DNA of 64,000 bases from Epithemia pelagica (lineage: Eukaryota; Protista; Bacillariophyta), in assembly GCA_946965045.2 (NCBI GenBank), contig OX337232.1, positions 3,472,001 through 3,536,000 of the forward strand, in the 5' to 3' direction. Of this stretch, positions 60,915 through 64,000 are shown one piece after another. How positions within the stretch are numbered: position 1 is the first letter of the stretch; each line of letters begins with the position of its first letter. The notes under the pieces are model-generated. The model was not told the DNA's origin, searched no databases, and saw nothing but the letters and a program-made list of their open reading frames with translations. The position numbers and the translations under genes were made by a program.

Positions 60915-63320
60915 ATGCTAATGCAAGACAATAACCACCAATACATTGTCGACTTGGCTGCCAGCCATGTCGACGACAAGGAGCAAGAGGCAGCCGTCTC
61001 TCCCAAAGAACAAGACAACAAGGACCAACAACAACAACACCAAGCACTTTCGCAAAAGAGCCACAATGTGTGGTATCGAAAGTTTTTGAAGCCCTTGATT
61101 CGCGATTCCAGAAAACCCACGTACAAGGACTCGTTCGAGCGACGCATTGTCCATTCCGTGGGAGTGCCCGTGGAGGAAATTGAAGGCCTCCATGCCATGT
61201 TCCAGCCGCACTATCGTCACTATTCGCCCTTGCAGGGTATGATTTTTTCCTACAACAATTTCGTCAACAACTTGTATCGTTATGGTGACGAACAACAAGA
61301 ACCAGCCGTGGCCTTGATTCAACAACTCTTTCATGTTTTGCCCGGAGGCGAGATTCAACCCACTCATGCCGGACGCAATGCTGGTGCACATCTTACACCT
61401 GGATTGATTGGCAACATGTTTGAAGAACTCGAACATGTCAAGGCAGCCGGAGGAGCACAAACACTAGATTCCTTTCGCAGTACCTTTTCTGAACGTTTGG
61501 CCGAGATTATTAGTCAACAACAAGACTACCGGGAAAACACGGAAAAGCTTCAATCCGATGTCGAAAAGGCCGAATTGGCCCTCAAGGAACTGCAACAAAA
61601 GGAGGACGATGCTGCGCAAGTCCGCCAACGCATCAAGGAACTCGAAGGGGACGTCATCAAGGCCAATCGTCATCAAATCAAACGACTCAAAAAGGAACTC
61701 AAAAAAGCGGACGAGACCCGCAAACTCGAAATTGAAGCCGACATTGCCAAACGGAACCACCAAAATGAAGAAACGGAACAAGAACTAGCCGTCCTTCGGA
61801 CGCAAATTGTCACGAGTTTGGATTTCAAACTAGCTCGCAAAGCTCTCAAGCGTGCGCAAGATGCCGTCGACCTGGAACGCCAAAGTCGAGTGGCATTGGC
61901 CCAAGACTTGGCCAAGAGTTTTGCCGTTTACGAGTTTGACTTTCAAGACGCTCCCGTGTCGCACTTGCCCAAACTGTCCACGACGGCCATTTTGTTGTCC
62001 TATCTCTGGCGCAAGTATGACAGCATCAGCGCCTTTGAAGGATACTTTGAAGCCATGGCTCGCATTCAAGCTCTCAATGTACCACTGGCCACCGTCATGG
62101 AACTGGTGCATGCCCATTCTGGCAGTCACAGTTCCGATGACAGCGAGTCCTCGGAACGTGTCGTCCCCACCACAACGACAGATCCCAGTACCAGTCTGGA
62201 GTTGGATTCGAGCAGCAACAACAGTCGCCGGGGCCGCCGTCGAAGACACCTTCGTACCATGGTTTGGTCACCCGCCAAGATTGAACGAGCCGCCCGAATT
62301 ACCACGGGCAATCCGGGAAACAATGATCGTCCTGCGGTAATCATCTTTTCCTACGTCACGTGGGCGGCCTACAGTGAATTTCCCGATTGTGGCGAAACGG
62401 CTCTTCGAAATTTGTTCAACCAATTGGTGTACAATCCCGACACGGGAAAGTTTGACTACCAAGTCTTGGAAGAACTCAAGGAAAAGTACTATCCAGAAAT
62501 GAGTGACTTGCTCATCAACTTTTACAAAAAGAACGACAAGCCTCAAGATTCGGCCAACAGCAGTGTCGCGGTGGAATGGATTGACGTGGTATCCAAGTTG
62601 AATGCGTATCGTGGTTGGACCAAGGACCACGCCATGCACATCAAGTACCGTCGCGAAAAGGAAGAGCAAAACATTGCCAGTCCACTGCACAATGCCCTCA
62701 AGGTCATGAATGCCTTGTTTGGTGTTGTCGATATGGAAGGAGCCGATTTGGTCCATCAGATTGCCGAGCAAATCAATGACCTTCGTGATTTGGACTTGGC
62801 TGTGGACTTGAGTGGGGTCAAGAACGACGGCTTTGGTATCCTGGCGCTTACCGCCGATGGCAAGGTCCGCTACGAACTGCAATCGTACAAACCGGTTCAC
62901 TTTGGCTTTGTCCAAGCGGAACGGCTTAACAACCATTCGGAATCCGTCTTGAGTGCGGGTCGCCGCGAGTTCCGTGCCTTTCGACGTCTCATGAGGCACA
63001 GCAATCTTCCTCCCCGTGCCAGCGACAATACGTCCGAATACTTTCAACAATTGGCCTTGGCCTCCTTGTTTGTCCCCTACACATTGCGTCGCGATACGCT
63101 GGGACGCTTCTTTCGCCATACTCCACCACACTATTCACTCTTGTTTGCCGATTTTGACATCGAAACGCACAAACAAGAGGCCTTGAAATGGGCGTCGTCT
63201 CACGATGACATTGCCCAAGATGCACAGGTTCAAACATTTCTGGAACGCTTGGAGAATTATGTGGAACCCGAGTTTGCTCCCAAGAAAAAAGAAGCGAAAG
63301 CAGAAACGGAACAAGAGTGA
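60915..63320 (+). CDS. Large intronless hypothetical protein with a coiled-coil insert and an FPDCGETALRNL motif
   Basis: ORF open from 60642; first ATG at 60915. Heptad-like K/E/Q region at about 61480-61900. Conserved-looking blocks YSPLQG, LLSYLW, DCGE, VHFGF. Confidence 0.8.
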   Translation: MLMQDNNHQYIVDLAASHVDDKEQEAAVSPKEQDNKDQQQQHQALSQKSHNVWYRKFLKPLIRDSRKPTYKDSFERRIVHSVGVPVEEIEGLHAMFQPHYRHYSPLQGMIFSYNNFVNNLYRYGDEQQEPAVALIQQLFHVLPGGEIQPTHAGRNAGAHLTPGLIGNMFEELEHVKAAGGAQTLDSFRSTFSERLAEIISQQQDYRENTEKLQSDVEKAELALKELQQKEDDAAQVRQRIKELEGDVIKANRHQIKRLKKELKKADETRKLEIEADIAKRNHQNEETEQELAVLRTQIVTSLDFKLARKALKRAQDAVDLERQSRVALAQDLAKSFAVYEFDFQDAPVSHLPKLSTTAILLSYLWRKYDSISAFEGYFEAMARIQALNVPLATVMELVHAHSGSHSSDDSESSERVVPTTTTDPSTSLELDSSSNNSRRGRRRRHLRTMVWSPAKIERAARITTGNPGNNDRPAVIIFSYVTWAAYSEFPDCGETALRNLFNQLVYNPDTGKFDYQVLEELKEKYYPEMSDLLINFYKKNDKPQDSANSSVAVEWIDVVSKLNAYRGWTKDHAMHIKYRREKEEQNIASPLHNALKVMNALFGVVDMEGADLVHQIAEQINDLRDLDLAVDLSGVKNDGFGILALTADGKVRYELQSYKPVHFGFVQAERLNNHSESVLSAGRREFRAFRRLMRHSNLPPRASDNTSEYFQQLALASLFVPYTLRRDTLGRFFRHTPPHYSLLFADFDIETHKQEALKWASSHDDIAQDAQVQTFLERLENYVEPEFAPKKKEAKAETEQE

Positions 63321-64000
63321 GACCATCATTGCCTGGATCTCATGAGATCCATTTTTTTTGAACTGCGGGACAGTTTGCATCTTTTGGCGCCTTGTTATAC
63401 CTGCTTTCCCGCATGTTCCTACTGCTCCCATATGGAGTGCATACATGCACTTGAGGAGCGCTCGCAAGGATGTAGGAACTGAACCAAAAGAAGACGCTTG
63501 TTTAGGGTACATGACCTTAGACAAAATGACCAGCAATGCATATAATAGTAATTGTTTGATTCCAATTTGCCGCTTTGGATCGAAAGTCCTCGTGTTTAGT
63601 GTAGGAATATCACCATGTTAACAGGGTGTGGAGAGACAATCAGGACTTTTGTTCCATATCGGCCTATTATTTGTCCTCTCCTTGACCGACGGCTGGTGCC
63701 CAGTAGATAGTTTGTGTCATGAGTCATGATGTGAGTCCCGCGCCATTGTGGGCCCTGACGGGCTCGCGCACCAGAGCGAGCATCGAGAAAAGTCCCGCCA
63801 CTTTTCATCTTTTGTCCCAAAGGTTGTTCCAAAAATTCATCGAAGCATCGAAGACCGAAGCGTCCATGATATTGCCTTGATCACGACGTCTCCTGAAAGC
63901 CTTGTTAAATAGTTTTTCGAAGCATATGATGTCTGGGATGTCGAGGAGGCACGTCGAATTCTGGATGAGAATGGTGAGACCATTGCAAAAACACTTGACT

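Noticed and set aside
62268-63131. 287-aa antisense ORF, and the many similar antisense or overlapping ORFs in the track (for example 7335-7958, 25165-25788, 33427-33900)
   Set aside because: They are shadows of well-supported genes on the opposite strand or in another frame.
63840-64000. Start of another gene at the window end
   Set aside because: Short coding-like stretch with no defined start or motif; cannot be supported within this window.

Overview
TE-saturated eukaryotic window, about 48% GC by eye, with short GT-AG introns. It is most likely a raphid pennate diatom; this is inferred from the gene and TE families, not shown directly. Host genes: two tandem membrane cyclase-phosphodiesterase (GC/AC-PDE) paralogues, one intact with 6 exons and one disrupted by two insertions and a frameshift; ATG7 plus a decayed 3' duplicate; a GT25-like glycosyltransferase; and several orphan ORFs. 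Mobile DNA: three young full-length Ty1/Copia elements with exact 5-bp TSDs; a split-direct-repeat (Ngaro/PAT-type) tyrosine-recombinase element that lacks RT and is split by one of the Copias; a Crypton YR-GCR1 ORF; a Penelope-like 3' fragment; a Pack-MULE-like element carrying a USP gene fragment; and several MITEs. Best candidate for undescribed biology: Copia-1 (15626-21718) has no tRNA primer-binding site. Instead it has a perfect 14-nt complement to a sequence in its own LTR that begins at an Inr-like motif, which is the Tf1-type self-priming geometry in a Copia. Its neighbours appear to prime differently, from half-tRNA-Asn and half-tRNA-iMet. Copia-3 also has AG...GT termini, an in-frame stop between gag and pol, and an open ~1100-codon insert with hydrophobic segments between Gag and protease. 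All coordinates were read by hand; no database searches were run.
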